A stretch of DNA of 64,000 bases from Squalus acanthias (taxonomy: Eukaryota), in assembly GCA_030390025.1 (NCBI GenBank), contig CM059433.1:1798001-1862000 (forward strand), written 5' to 3'. A program made the translations under genes and the position numbers. The notes under the pieces were generated by a model. The model made no database searches, had not been told where the DNA came from, and was given only the letters and a program-made list of their open reading frames with translations. Each line of letters starts with the position of its first letter. The first letter of the stretch is position 1. Below, piece after piece: positions 1 to 13,169 of the stretch.

Positions 1-84
1 AAAGTCTAGGAACCAGGGGCGTGGGAGCGATTCGAACCGCTCACTGAGTCAGAGGTGAAGGCTGACCCCATTACCACACCCTAC

Positions 85-903
85 AAATGTGGGAAAGTGC
101 GAGGTTATCCACTTTGGCAGGAAAAATAAAAAAGCAAATTATTATTTAAATGGAGAGAGATTACAAAATGCTACAGTTCAGAGGGACCTAGGGGTCCTTG
201 TGCATGAAACACAAAAAGTTAGCATGCAGGTGGAGCAAGTAATCAAAAAGGCAAATGGAATGTTGGCTTTTATTTCAAGGGGGTTGGAGTATAAAAACAG
301 GGAAGTCCTGCTACAACTGTACAGGGTAATGGTGAGACCACACCTGGAGTACTGCGTACAGTTTTGGTCTCCTTATTTAAGGAAGGATATACTTGCATTG
401 GAGGCAGTTCAGAAATGATTCACTAGGTTCATTCCAGAGATGAGGGGGTTGACTTATGAGGAAAGGTTGAGCAGGTTGGGCCTATACTCATTGGAATTTA
501 GAAGAATGAGAGGTGATCTTATTGAAACATATAAGATACTTAGGGGGCTCGACAAGGTAGATGCAGAGAGGATGTTTCCCCTCGTGGGGGAATCTAGAAC
601 TTGGGGGCATAGTTTCAGAATAAGGGTCGCCCTTTTAGAACTGAGATGAGGAGAAACTTCTTCTCTCAGAGGGTCGTAAATCTGTGGAATTCTCTGCTGC
701 AGAGAGCTGTGGAGGCTGGGTCATTAAATACAGTTAAGGTTGAGATAGACAGATTTTTGCAAGATAAGGGAGTGAAGGGTTTTGGGGAGCGGGCGGGGAA
801 GTGGCTTTGAGCCCAAGATCTGCCATGATCTTATTGAATGGCGGAGCAGGCTCGAGGGGCCAAGTGGCCTATTCCTGCTCCTATTTCTAATGTTCTTATG
901 TTA
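85..903 (+). mobile_element. CR1 LINE, 5'-truncated (RT C-terminus + 3' UTR)
   Basis: ORFs 89-418 and 440-649 give CR1 ORF2 motifs (KCEVIHFGRKN, VRPHLEYCVQFWSP, RRMRGDLIETYK), split by a premature stop. Ends in the TTCTTATG-type tail. Near-identical to 18604-20312. Confidence 0.95.
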
Positions 904-1455
904 GACCACACTTAGAGTACTGCGTACAGTTCTGGTCACCATATTATAAAAAGGATATAGAGGCACTGGAGAGGGTGCAGAGAAGATTTGCAAGGATGAT
1001 ACCAGAAATGCGAGGGTATACATATCAGGAGAGGATGAACAGGCTGGGTCTCTTTTCTCTTGAAAAAAGGCTGACGGGCGACCTAAGAGAGATCTTTAAA
1101 ATTATGAAAAATGTTGATAGAGTGGATACAGAGAGAATGTTTCCACTTGTGGGGAAGAGCATAACTAGAGGCCATCAATATAAGATAGTCACCAAGAAAT
1201 CCAATAGGGAATTCAGAAGAAACTTCTTTACCCAAAGAGTGGTGAGAATGTGGAACTCGCTACCACAGGGAGTGGTTGAAGCGAATAGTATAGATACATT
1301 TAAGGGGAGGTTGGATAAGCATATGAGGGAGAAGGGAATAGAGGGTTATGTTGATAGATTTAGATGAGGAAAGACGGGAGGAGGCGCGAGTGGAGCATAA
1401 ACGCCGGCATGGACTGGTCATGCCGAATGGTCTGTTTCTGTGCTGTATATCCGAT
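904..1455 (+). mobile_element. CR1 LINE 3' fragment, second subfamily
   Basis: RPHLEYCVQFWSP...RNFFTQRVVRMWNSLP (ORF 975-1367) with a different 3' UTR from the preceding copy. Confidence 0.9.
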
Positions 1456-2010
1456 GTACCCTGGGAAATACCTGGTCTGTACAGCTCAATATCACACTGC
1501 ACCCTGCCAGAACCCAAGCTAAGATGGTGTGCAACATGGTGCACTTCCACCAGCACCCTCCAACTCAGGCACAAGGAAAGAATGTGAGAAACTAATGGAT
1601 ATAGAACACAAAATATTTCTATAACAAAATGAAAAAAATTGCTAAAAGTAGATGGCCAAGAGTAAAACACAAGAGCTTCGGGCTTAGTAGTAAACCTATC
1701 AGAGATCTTGTAAAGTTGTTGATATTTTTCTGAAGTTGGATACTGGGTTAATTTAAAGCTCCAACTGATTGCAGAGGCTAATGATAAGGAGGACACAGCA
1801 TGCGATTAGGTTGTGATACAGTAGAAAGTGCAGGTGATATTGATGGAATCTTTATCTGAAAATGGAATGCACTTGCCCTCTACTGATTGACTTGTATTGG
1901 CCACTCTACATGTTGGAGGACACTGATCTAGCTGGGACCTGCTGGCCATTTCCAGTTTAAACAGAGAATTCGTTATTTGTCCTCATTGAATAATAGCTTC
2001 AAAAGATGAT

Positions 2011-2790
2011 GGCCCGGAATTTGCGATCAGCAGTGAAGCGAAGGTGTTCGCTGCTGGCCCCGAAGTACGCTTTGCACAAGGATCTCGCAATCCCCGCGTC
2101 GAGAATTTCGGGCTTTCCGACCTTCAATTAAATTCAATGGACTGTTCTGGGGTTCCCCTTGTTCGAACTGCTGTGATGTCAACAAGCTGTCAAAGCATCC
2201 AATCAAAAGGCAGAATTTTCACAGACAGCGAACAAGGAAGTGAGTAAGCCCTTAAAATTCTAACTTTTTAAAATAGTTAGAGAGAGCAAAAGAAAAATTG
2301 GGGCTCTCACACGGGGAAAAGACAAACCTGAAATAAAGATGGACAAACTTGTTTTCAAAAGTTTATTAAAAAATTTAATTTTTATTAAAATGGACAAATT
2401 TCACATTGCACAAAATTAAAATTAGTTTTCCAGGACCTTAACATTTCTTTAGCAGTAACAACGTTTACAGAACCCCAGCTACACCTAATCCCTTTGGGTC
2501 TAACTTTAGTGGAGAATTTAACGCCGTACTTACTGCGGACGAGCCGACGTTTTCATCAGTTTCCCTGATTTGGCTGATTATACTGATTGTTGGCTCTGTG
2601 GTGGGGGCGGTGTGGGGGGGGGGGGGGTGCACAGCACAGCCTGTTTCAGAGCTGTCAATGACTGACCACAACTTTGGGACTTCCGCTTGTGCCTGCGCAT
2701 GCACCAAATCCCGAAGGTGCGGTCAGTTTCAAAGGCGGAATGACGTTGATGCTGCCAGATTGCCATCATCCCGACCGCAAATTCTGGGCC
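2011..2790. mobile_element. Non-autonomous PIF/Harbinger-type MITE
   Basis: TIRs GGCCCGGAATTTGCGATC / GACCGCAAATTCTGGGCC; AT-rich noncoding core. Confidence 0.75.
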
Positions 2791-3369
2791 ATTGTATCTA
2801 ACTGTCCCCGTGAAGAAACCGCTTGCTCTGCTTTGAATGGGAATAGATTTTACCAATAATTGACTCACATGTAACAGATAGATGTTATTTTACACATGGG
2901 AATTATTACCCTTCAGCTTGGCTAGACAGCACCATTTGTGGAATTTAGTAACAGATAATTAGCGGCATGTGACACAGGGGACCCGATGAGGACAAGAAAA
3001 CAGACGAAGAAAATTGCTTTCCAAAATATCTTTTTGCTTTATTGCTGCTATTTCACATCCTCTTCTTTCTAATTTTTGCTGATCATGTCTTGCCATCCTT
3101 CTCTAAAGACAGCCTGCAACCAGGGAGTAGACTGCTTCTCTGTTTTTAGAGCCTATTCTTCTCTCTGGATTGGTTGGCTAGCAACCTTGTTCCTGTGCTG
3201 AGAGATGGATTAGCTGTAATAATGAAGAATAAACTGGATTAGGTCACAGTGAGAGTCATCTATCACCAGAGTGGCCTCAGACACCCTTGATGTGGCATGA
3301 ACACAAAGTGTGGCACAGAATTTGATTTTATATTGATTAGTTGATTATGTATTTCGTACATTCATTGCT

Positions 3370-4106
3370 GGAGCGGGGCATCTCGCTGCGTGCGTCGTCC
3401 GTTAGACTTTTTCCTGCACCCTTCAGCTCAAAAATGTTTTGCCCTGTAAGTTGCTGGAAGTGCGAGCAGATAATGACACGACGAAGGCAACAGGGACCTC
3501 AGTGAACGATGGGACCAACAGTCTATCTCCTTAACCAATGAGATTTAAGAACTGAAAAAGAATTAGAGGAAATACAGAGAAGGAGGGTGAATTACAGTCA
3601 AATCAGTCACAGAAAGAGAAATAAAGAGAGGGAAAGAAAGATTAGATTTAGATCAAGACATAAAAGAGACAGAAAGGAAAGAAATTAAAATTAAAAAATG
3701 TGAACTTTTTTAAATCTCTAAGAAGAATTGACTACATGCAGGAATGAGACTCAAAAGTTTAAATTGTTCCCTTTCCGGGCTGGAGAGGTTGATTGGCATT
3801 GCATTAACAATTATCACATTGCTAAAAATGTACATGCGCTGTTAATTATGAGCCCTAACTTTGCAGGAGTGAGTTTAATGTGAAATTAATGTGCAAATGC
3901 AGCCAGTTCTTTAAAATAACAGGGAGGTTGCGGGCGAGATGCCGCTTGTGTGAAGCAAGCGACTGAACGGCGTAAATCGACCAGCAAGTTACAACGATTT
4001 GCAACTCACGTCGTATCGCTTCTTTGCCTGAACTTGCTGGCTGATCTGTGCATTAATAACGGTGTGAGTCGTGAACAAAACGTTATTTTCCAGCAAGATT
4101 TGAGCC
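3370..4106. mobile_element. Harbinger-type MITE fragment, same family as 45074-45863
   Basis: Shares internal blocks (gtaagttgctggaagtg, aaccaatgagatt, ggaatgagactc, gcgagatgccg) with 45074-45863. Confidence 0.6.
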
Positions 4107-4443
4107 AATATTCGTGCTGGCGAATGGCCTGCTTCTGAATTATGAATTTTACTCACAGAATGAAAATAATAATCTCCAATTGCAGTGAAAGACTGTCAAA
4201 ACTAATTCGCACCTTTCAGAATTTTCTCTTACATTTGTGAATGAAGCATAACAACTCAGCACCACTAATGGGGAGATCATCCATTTTTTAGAAGGGCGTC
4301 CCAGTAGTCTATGCTGGTGATAATTGATGCATCTACAATATATGGTGGGTGGGTGGCAAAGGTACACTTTCTACCAGAAAATGCTCATCATAGCTGTGAC
4401 TAAAGCATTGATGAAACACATCATTTGACCTAAACACATACTT

Positions 4444-5190
4444 TGGGGGGAACTTTAACCCCAAAAAACGGGTGGGTTGGGGGTCAGGTGGGAGGTTAAA
4501 GTGTTAAGAATCTGAATCCTGACCCCAACCCGCCTCCAACCCGCCCACTTCCGGTTTTAGCGGGGGCGGGACGAGGCGGGCGGCCAACCCGCTCCCAGGA
4601 GGCGGGCTGGCCCTTTAAATATTATAATGAGGATGCGTGCCTCATTTTGAAGCTCCATGTTAAATTTAACTCTGGGCGGCTGGGTTTCCCGGGCCTCGGA
4701 GAACCCGACAGATAAAGGAAGGCCAGGACTGCTGGATCCAGGAGTAAGTGCCTTTCCATTACCTGCTGGATGCAGCGTTCCTGCCCTGCCAACCACCCGC
4801 GATCAGACAACCCCCCCCCCCGACCCTTCCGACCTCTCCCCCCCCCCCCCAATCTCCCCCTCACCCGGCCTCCGACCACCCCCCCGAGGCCTTCAATCCC
4901 CCCCCCCACCCCCCAAGGCATCCGATCCCCCCAACGGCCTCCGATCCTCCCTTCAGACCAATCTCCGACCCGCCATGCGGCCTTCCGACCCGCCCCCCCC
5001 CCTCCCGTCAATCCTGACACCCGACCACCCCGATGATCCCTGGCCCCCCCCCCCCTCCCGTCAATCCTGACCCCCGACCACTCCGACAATCCCTGACCCC
5101 CGACCCACTCCAACAATCCTTGGCCCCCGACCCACCCCGATGATCCCTGGCCCCCGACCCACCCCGATGATCCCTGGCCCCTGACCCCCT
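4444..5190. mobile_element. MITE-like element with a C-rich degenerate tandem core
   Basis: Starts gggggaactttaacccc; internal (ccgacc/ccgatc) C-rich repeats at 4800-5190. A related inverted copy lies at about 45970-46660. Confidence 0.5.
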
Positions 5191-6069
5191 AGCTAATTCC
5201 ACACAAACTATCTTGGCCTATGTGGCTCAGAGATGGTAAGTTTACCTCCTAGCTAATGGAGGCACCACACATAAATATAATTTGATGATCTCTGCCAAAT
5301 GGGATGCTATCCATTCTCATGCATAACCTAGCATTTGGGAGTGGATCATTTGTCTTCTCGGGAATGATGCATGGCATAGAGGCAGCATATAAATATGCAA
5401 AATGAAGATGGGAGAAAATCATTTGAGACCCATTAACCTTACCCCCTGCAGATACAATGTAACCATACACATCATTTATCCACCCCTTAACCGTGCAATT
5501 TCCTGGCCAAGAAAAAAATCTTGTGGCCAATTTAGAAAAAACTGACCCGCCCCCCCAAGGCAATCAAGCAAAGCTCCAAGAGAAGACGATAGCCCATTAC
5601 TCATCACACCAGCTAACTACCAACTTACTACCTTCTATAAATGGAAATATCGTCTTTACTCGGGAACTAGTCAAGCTGCCTTTTGCAGAACTCCAGTGAT
5701 TCCATACCCACCACATGTTATGGTAATTTGTTCCAGAGGCCAATTTGAACGTTCTGTGAAAAGGAATACTTCCTGGCATTTAACCTAACTCATTGCTTAA
5801 AGATTTTGGGCTAGAGTTGTGGGCTTGGACCCTCCCCTTTAATGACGGGAAGAACCCTTCCATGCGGCAGCGCTACGTGGCCCAGTGCGCAGCGCTGCAG
5901 AAGGGTTAGCGCTCTAAGAAGGAAGTGGAGCACTAGAATTAGCTCCACCTCCCTCTTGGGGCGCTAAAACTGAAGTTACCAATCGCCAGCGCTATTTTTC
6001 GCCGGGCGCTAAATTTTGCACCCAGGCGATGTTCGCGACCCAAAATGGTCGCTAACGAATTTTTCCCCC

Positions 6070-6530
6070 TTGACATGCATGCCTATTCGTCCTACCATCC
6101 CCAAACTTCTTAAATAACCTATCGAACTGGACTGAATCCAATCACTTTATCATTCTAAAATAAATGGCCTGAACTCTTGAAGCATGTCCTGGTAATTAAG
6201 AGCCCTTAGACGAGGTGTCAATATGATAGCCCTCCTCTGCACCCTCTTCAGAGCCTTAATATCCTTTGCCATGTGCGGAGACCAAAACTGGTCACAATAT
6301 TCCAAGTGCACATCTACCAAAGTCTAAGCATAGTGCTCTTTGTTTTGTACTCGATTGTCCTCTCAATACACCCAAAACTTTATTTGCCTTCCCTGCGGCA
6401 ATGTCACACTGCTTACGCACTTTTAATGATTTGTCAACTATTAGCCCCCAAGTCTCTCTCGTGATCTGTGGCCTTTCACAGGTGCCACTGCGTGGGATTA
6501 CCATGCCTGAAATTTCCCCACTGCGAAGGT
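6070..6530 (-). mobile_element. Old CR1 fragment
   Basis: Minus-strand LGLIVDKSLKVRKQCDIAAGKANKVLG similarity (ORF 6292-6504). Confidence 0.6.
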
Positions 6531-7323
6531 GTGGTGGGTGCTGACTCTCTGCATACCTTCAGGAACTTGACTGGGGAAGAGATTGCATCATATAGAAGGT
6601 AAGTGTCTTTCTAGATAACTCTGGGTCCACGTGATCTCCAGGACTGGTTTCGATTGCCTGAGGGGATCAGAGAGGAATTTTATAGAATCATAGAATCATA
6701 GAATCATAGAATGGTTACAACACAGAGGGAGACCATTCGACCCGTCGAGCCCGTGCCGGCTCTCTGCAAGAGCACTTCAGCTAGTCCCACTCCCCCGCCC
6801 TTTCCCCGTAGCCCTGCAAATTTTTTTCCTTCAGGTACTTATCCAATTCCCTTTTGAAAGCCACGATTGAATCTGCCTCCACCACCCTTTCAGGCAGTGC
6901 ATTCCAGATCATAACCACTCACTGCATAAAAAAGTTTTTCCTCATGTCGCGTTTGGTTCATTTGCCAATCACCTTAAATCTGTGTCCTCTGGTTCTCGAG
7001 CCTTCCGCCAATGGGAACAGTTTCTCTTTACCTACTCTGTCTAGACCCCTCATGATTTTGAACACCTCTATCAAATCTCCTCTCAACCTTCTCTGCTCTA
7101 AGGAGAACAAACCCAGCTTCTCTAGTCTATCCACATAACTCAAGTCCCTCATCCCTGGAATCATTCTTGTAAATCTTTTCTGCACCCTCTCTAAGGCCTT
7201 CACATCCTTCCTAAAGGGCGGTGCCCAGAATTGGACACAGTACTCCAGTTGATGCCGAACCAGTGTTTTATAAAGGTTCATCATAACTTCTTTGCTTTTG
7301 TACTCTATGCCTCTATTCATGAA

Positions 7324-7555
7324 AATGAGAAGTCGCACAACACCAGGTTATAGTCCAACAGATTTATTTAAAATTACGAGCTTTCGGAGCGCTGCTCCTT
7401 CTTCAGGTACAGGTACAGTCTGTACCTGTACCTGAGGAAGGAGCAGCGCTCCGAAAGCTCGTAATTTTAAATAAATCTGTTGGACTATAACCTGGTGTTG
7501 TGCGACTTCTCATTTTTGTCCACCCCAGTCCAACACCGGCATCTCCGCATCATGA
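7324..7555. mobile_element. Penelope-like element (PLE) remnant: long inverted repeat with hammerhead-like cores
   Basis: 97-bp arms 7322-7418 / 7420-7516 with one G-U mismatch; CTGAGGA-A-GGAGC-AGC-GCTCC-GAAA core; 14-bp TSD CCTCTATTCATGAA at 7310-7323 and 7556-7569. Confidence 0.8.
7432..7463 (+). ncRNA. Minimal hammerhead ribozyme-like motif (PLE-associated)
   Basis: CUGANGA box, 5-bp stem II GGAGC/GCUCC and GAAA box; mirrored on the minus strand at about 7375-7406. Stem III is weak. Confidence 0.55.
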
Positions 7556-8914
7556 CCTCTATTCATGAAGCCCAGGATCCCGTATGCTTTCTTAACCGCT
7601 TTCTCAACCTGCCACCTTCAACAATTTGTGCACATATACCCCCAGGTCTCTCTGTTCAAGCATCCCATTTAGGATTGTACCCTTTAGTTTATATTGCCTC
7701 TCCTTGTTCTTCCTACCAAAATGTATCACTTCACACTTTTCTGCATTAAATTTCATCTGCCACATGTCCGCCCATTTCACCAGCCTGTCTATGTCTTCTT
7801 GAAGTCTATCACTATCCTCCTCACTGTTCACTATAATTCCAAGTTTTGTGTTACCTGCAAATTTTGAAATTGTGCCCTGTACACCCAAGTCCAAGTCATT
7901 AATATATATCAAGAAAAGCAGTGGTCCTAGTACCGACCCCTGGGGAACACCACTGTATACCTTCCTCCAGTCCAAAAAACAACTGTTCACCACTACTCTC
8001 TGTTTCCTGTCACTTAGCCAATTTTGTATCCATGCTGCCACTGTCCCTTTTATTCCATGGGCTTCAACTTTGCTGGCAAGCCTATTCTGTGGCACTTTAT
8101 CAAACGCCTTTTGGAAGTCCATGTACACCACATCAACCGCATTGCCCTCATCAACCCTCTCTGTTACCTCATCAAATAGCTCAATCAAGTTAAACCTGAT
8201 TTGCCTTTAACAAATCCGTGCTGGCTTTCCTTAATTAATCCACACTTGTCCAAGTGACTGTTAATTTTGTCTCGGATTATCGTTTCTAAAAGCTTCCCCA
8301 CTACCGAGGTTAAACTGACTGGCCTGTAGTTGCTGGGTTTATCTTTACACCCTTTTTTGAACAAGGGTGTAACATTTACAATTCTCCAGTCATTAGGCAC
8401 CACCATCTTATGTAAGGAGGATCGGAAGATTACGGCCACACTTCGCAATTTCCATCTTAACTTCCCTCAGCGTCCTAGGATGCATCTCATCCGGTCCTGG
8501 TGACTCATCTACTTTAAGTACAGCCAGCCTTTCTAGTACCTCTTCCTCTTCAATTTTTATCCCATCCAGTATCTCAACTACCTCCTCTGACTTTGGCAGC
8601 ATCATCTTCCTTGGTGAAGACAGATGCAAAATATTCAGTTAGTACCTCAGCCACACCCTCTGCCTCCATGTGTAGGTCCCCTTTTTGGTCCCTAATCCCC
8701 TCCTCTTACTACCCGTTTACTATTTATATGCCTATAGAAGACTTTTGAATTCCTTTTTATGTTGGCTGCCATTCTATTCTCATACTCTCTCTTTGCCCCT
8801 CTTACTTTCTTTTTCACTTCCCCTCTGAACTTTCTATATTCAGCCTGGTTCTCACTTGTATTCTCAACCTGACATCTGTCATACGCGTTCTTTTTCTACT
8901 TCATCTTACTCTCT

Positions 8915-9758
8915 GGGCTGGATTTTCCCAGCCCCGAGGAGGCGGGCATGGAGGCAGGACAGCCGGTAAATTCGGAGAAACTGGGGGCGGATGGCAAAGC
9001 CGCCCCCATCCCACCTCCGTGCCCTTTCGCCAGGAGGCGGGAGGATGTGCAGCTTCGGGTCCCGTCTCCTGGAGGCGGGAAATCATTTAATCCTTTTAAC
9101 TGCCTGTTAACAGGTAGTTAGCAGGCAGAAAAAAGGATTAGTGCCATTTTACCTTCACAGGTGAAGGCTTCAGACCTCGGAGAACCCCGCTGGGTTGGAG
9201 GAGACGTGGAGGAGGTCTGCGGCGGTCGGAGGCTCCTGGAAGTAAGATGTAGAGGTGAGTGATGGGTGCAAGTGTGGAGTGGTAAGTATGCAAGGTGAGT
9301 GATAAGTTTTAAAAAATGTTCACTTAACTTGTTTTCTTCCTACAACCTTCAACCGCGCTGGATCGGGAGAGCTGACATCCTCCTTGTCAATTTCACAGAC
9401 TGGCTGTTGGATCCTCCGAACCAACAGCCATGTGAAATCAACAAAGTTGAAAGGTTTGATGGGTCCTGAATACAAGGACTCATCAAACTACACAAAATGT
9501 TAGTGATTGACAGCTGCACAGAGCTGTCAAATGCTGACATTTCTTCTTTTCAAGAAGTCTTGACAGATAGCACGTCTGATGTTGACGTGCTCTGTCAGTG
9601 ACTTCCCCCTAATTGGCCTGCTGAGCCCGCAAGGCGGGCCTAACAAGGTTAATCAGGGGAAAATCCCTCTGGTTGGTCAGGCGAGGATGGAGGCGGGACA
9701 TTGACACGACAAGGAGCAATCCCGCCTCCAACTCGTCTCCATTCACAAAATCCAGCCC
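8915..9758. mobile_element. PIF/Harbinger MITE inserted in CR1
   Basis: Perfect 12-bp TIR GGGCTGGATTTT/AAAATCCAGCCC; 3-bp TSD TCT (8912-8914, 9759-9761). CR1 sequence resumes on both sides. Confidence 0.9.
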
Positions 9759-10786
9759 TCTATCTCTTTCGTCAGCCAGGGAGCTCTGACTTTGGTTGCC
9801 CTGCCTTTCCCCCACGTGGGAATGTACCTCGACTGTACCCGAACCATCTCCTCTTTAAAGGCAGCCCATTGTTCAATTACAATTTTGCCTGCCAATCTTT
9901 GATTCTAATTTACCCGTGCTAGATCTGTTCTCAACCCATTGAAATTGGCCCTCCTCCAATTAAGTATTTTTATTCTAGATTGCTCCCTGTCCTTTTCCAT
10001 AGCTAATCTAAACCTTATGATACTATGATCACTGTTCCCTAAATGTTCCCCTAATGACACTTGCTGACACTTCCCCAGAACCAGATCCAGCAATGCTCCT
10101 TCCTCGTTGGGCCAGAAAAGTACTGATCAAGCAAGTTCTCCTAAACACACTTCAGAAATTCTTCCCCCTCTCTGCCCTTTACACGATTACTATCCCATTC
10201 TATATTAGGATAGTTGAAGTCCCCCATTATCACTACTCTATAGTTCTTGTATCTCTCTGTAACTTCCCTGCAAATTTGCTCCTCTATATCCTTCCCACTA
10301 TTTGGCGGCCTATAGAATACACCTAGCAGTGTAATGGCACCTCCATTATTTCTTAACTCTAACCAAATAGATTCTGTCCTTGACCCCTCCAGGACATCCT
10401 CGCTCTCCAGCACAGTAACATTCTCCTTAACCAATACTGCCACATCACCTCCAATCTTTCCTTCCCTATCTTTCCTGATCACCTTATATCCAGGAATATT
10501 TAATCACCAATCCTGCCTTTTTTGAGCCAGGTCTCAGTTATTGCCACAACATCATATTTCCATGTGTCTATTCGCGTCTGCAGTTCACCAACCTTGTTTA
10601 CCGCGCTTCGTGCATCTACACACATGCACTCTAAACCTGTCTTAGACCTTCTTGTATTCTCTCTTAGTCTGACCCCACCTAATACCGTACTATTTCTTAC
10701 TCTAGTGCTATCTGTCTCTCCCAATCCTTTGTGCACTTTGTTTCTCCTTTCTACTGCTACATCCTGGTGCCCATCCCCCTGCCAAA

Positions 10787-11735
10787 TTAGTTTAAACCCT
10801 CCCCAACAGCACTAGCAAACCCACCCATGAGGATATTGGTTCCGGCTCTGTTGAGGTGCAACCCGTCCGGCCTGTACAGGTCCCACCTCCCCCGGAACTG
10901 GTCCCAATGTCCCAGGAATCGGAAGCCCTCCCTCCTGCACCATCTCTCCAGCCACGCATTCATCTGTTCTATCCTCCTATTTCTATACTCACTAGCACGT
11001 GGCACCAGGAGTAATCCAGAGATTACTACCTTTGAGGTCCTGCTTTTGAATCTCTTTCCTAGCTCCCTAAAATCTGCCTGCAGGACCTCATCCCTCTTTC
11101 TACCTATGTCGTTGATACCGATGTGGACCACGACCTCTGGCTGTTCACCCTCCCCCCATCAGAATGTTCTGCAGCCGCTCAGTTACATCCTTGACCCTGG
11201 CACCAGGGAGGCAACATACCATCCTGGAGTCACGTCTGCGGCCGCAGAAACGCCTGTCTGCTCCCCTAACTATCAAATCCCCTACCACTATTGCTTTCCC
11301 GATCTTCCTCCTCCCCCCGCACCCCCATCCCCGTACAGCTGAGCCAACCGTGGTGCCATGGACTTGGCTCTGTCTGTACTTCCCAGAGGAACCATCGCCC
11401 TCACCAGTCTTCAGTACTGAATAACGGTTGGAGAGCGAGATGCACTCAGGGGACTCCTGCACTACCTGCCTGGTCCTCCTTGTCTGTCTGACGGTCACCC
11501 ATTCCCTCTCTGCCTGCACACTCTTACGCTGCAGGGTGGCCACCTCTAAAAAGCTCTCAGCTTCACGGATGCACCGCAGTGACGCCAGCTGCTGCTCAAG
11601 CTCCAAAACCCGGAGCTCGAGCTCCTCCAACTGGTGACACTTTCTGCGCACGTGGTTGCCCAGGACACTGGAAGCATCCTGGAGTCCCCACATGGCACAA
11701 GATGTGCATTCCACGGAACTGAGGTCCCCTGCCAT
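10787..11735 (-). pseudogene. CR1 ORF1 (zinc finger + leucine zipper + SGNH esterase), frameshifted
   Basis: CTSCAMW...C, LELRVLELEQQL, VVGDLIVRG, CLPGARV, VHIGINDI, DGLHLN motifs in ORFs 11145-11735 and 10787-11131. Confidence 0.85.
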
Positions 11736-12661
11736 GCCTCTATTTATTCGACTATTAACTAACTTACAGAAATAAACTTAAGACTAAGGGCTAGAAATTC
11801 ATGTACTTACCGCCACTCAGTCGCGCCATGAAATGGCGATAAAATGGCGGCGGCCGCTCTTTCGCCAGCTGGTGTCGGGTCCCGAGGTGGCTGCCATATT
11901 CTTCTACCAATTGCATCACTAGCCTCACACACTGCCCAATGCACAGCCCCCAATCACTCACCTACCAACAATCTGCACCAATGACGAGGCACATCTCCCA
12001 TTTCTAGCCTCACCTCAGCCCCTTGGAGGAGACTGTGCAGGCCACCTTAGCAGGGACATGGTTGAGCCCTTGGCCAGCAGCGGGGCTGAAATGATACAAG
12101 ATGTGGGTATCCCGCACCAGCTACCCATTCAGCATATGATATCTGTCGCACACGATCTAATCTTTTCCAATAACCTTCTATGTTACACATTGTTAAGGCC
12201 TTTTGGAAATCTAGTTATACAGCATCAACAAGACAACTCTCATCAACTACTCTGGTCACTTCGTCAAAAACTTTATCAAGTTAGTAAGGAGGACCGGAAC
12301 TGGAAGTGATCATGAATGCCTTCCAGCAACTTCCCTCCAACCAATATACAAACTGATGGCATCTAAAGAGAGGGACAAAAATAACAAATAATAAAAAAGG
12401 TAATTTATTTGTTTCTAACACAGCCCCAGGAGCCTCTAAAAGCTGCAAATGACAGAAACCTTTTTTTATATTAAGATTAGTTCTATTCCTGAATGAAGCA
12501 AACTCTAATGGGTAGAGAATGTGGGCCTGAAATTCGTCTTTTAATGAAAATGGGATAATGTCCATTTTCTGCATAACTACCTGCGAATGGACTCGTTAAC
12601 AAGTCATTTCACAGGATGGGATTGTGTTAGTGATTTGCTGATTTATTGGAGAAAATCAGGT

Positions 12662-13045
12662 TCTGCCTTGGCTCACTGGTAGCACTCACATCTCGGGTCT
12701 GAAGATCATGGGTTCAAGTCCCATTCTAGGACTTGAGGGCATAATCTAGGCTGGCACTTCAATGCAGTCCTGAGGGAGTGTTGCACTGTCGGAGGTGCTG
12801 ACTTTTGAACAATGCCATGAAAGATTCCATGCCACTATTCGAAGAAGAGCAGGAGTGTTCTCCCCGGTCTCCTGGCCAATATTTATCCCTTAACCAACAT
12901 CCCTAAACCAGATTATCTGGTAATTTATCTCATTGCTGCTATGATACCCTGCATTACGACAGACACTGCACTTCATTGGCTGTGAAGTGCTTTGAGACGT
13001 CTTGATATCATGAAAGGCTCTATCTACATGTAAGTTCTTTCTTTA
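12662..13045 (+). mobile_element. tRNA-derived Deu-domain SINE (SacSINE1-like), degraded
   Basis: A/B boxes (tggctcactggtag, gggttcaagtccc), Deu core (gaagaagagcaggagtgttctcccc...atttatccct) and L2-type tail; homologous to 31853-32325. Confidence 0.75.
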
Positions 13046-13169
13046 TTCCTATGAACTTCTTTCAAATGTTGTCATGGCATTTATGTGAAGAAAGCATAAA
13101 AGATATGCACACTGGTTTAATTACAGATTAGAATATATTGAAACTTCCGTCAACATGGTACTATGGTCT

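Larger units (their letters stand above)
6682..11785 (-). mobile_element. Near full-length, frameshifted CR1 LINE with two nested insertions
   Basis: ORF1 remnants (11735-10787), APE endonuclease (ITETWL, GVFYRPPN, IMGDFN; 10736-9905), RT ([28 protein letters not shown]; 8629-6958) and an (ATAGAATC)n tail at 6682-6711. Confidence 0.95.

Noticed and set aside
17..80. tRNA gene on the minus strand (GGTTCGAATC box)
   Set aside because: No complete cloverleaf; more likely a degraded SINE head.
4622..5202. Pro/Gly-rich ORFs on both strands
   Set aside because: Products of C-rich low-complexity repeats in a MITE.
12281..12400. Apparent minus-strand host exon after a polypyrimidine-AG
   Set aside because: The sequence matches decayed CR1 RT (PVSL..GKLLEG, FDEVTRVVDE...LDFQKA).
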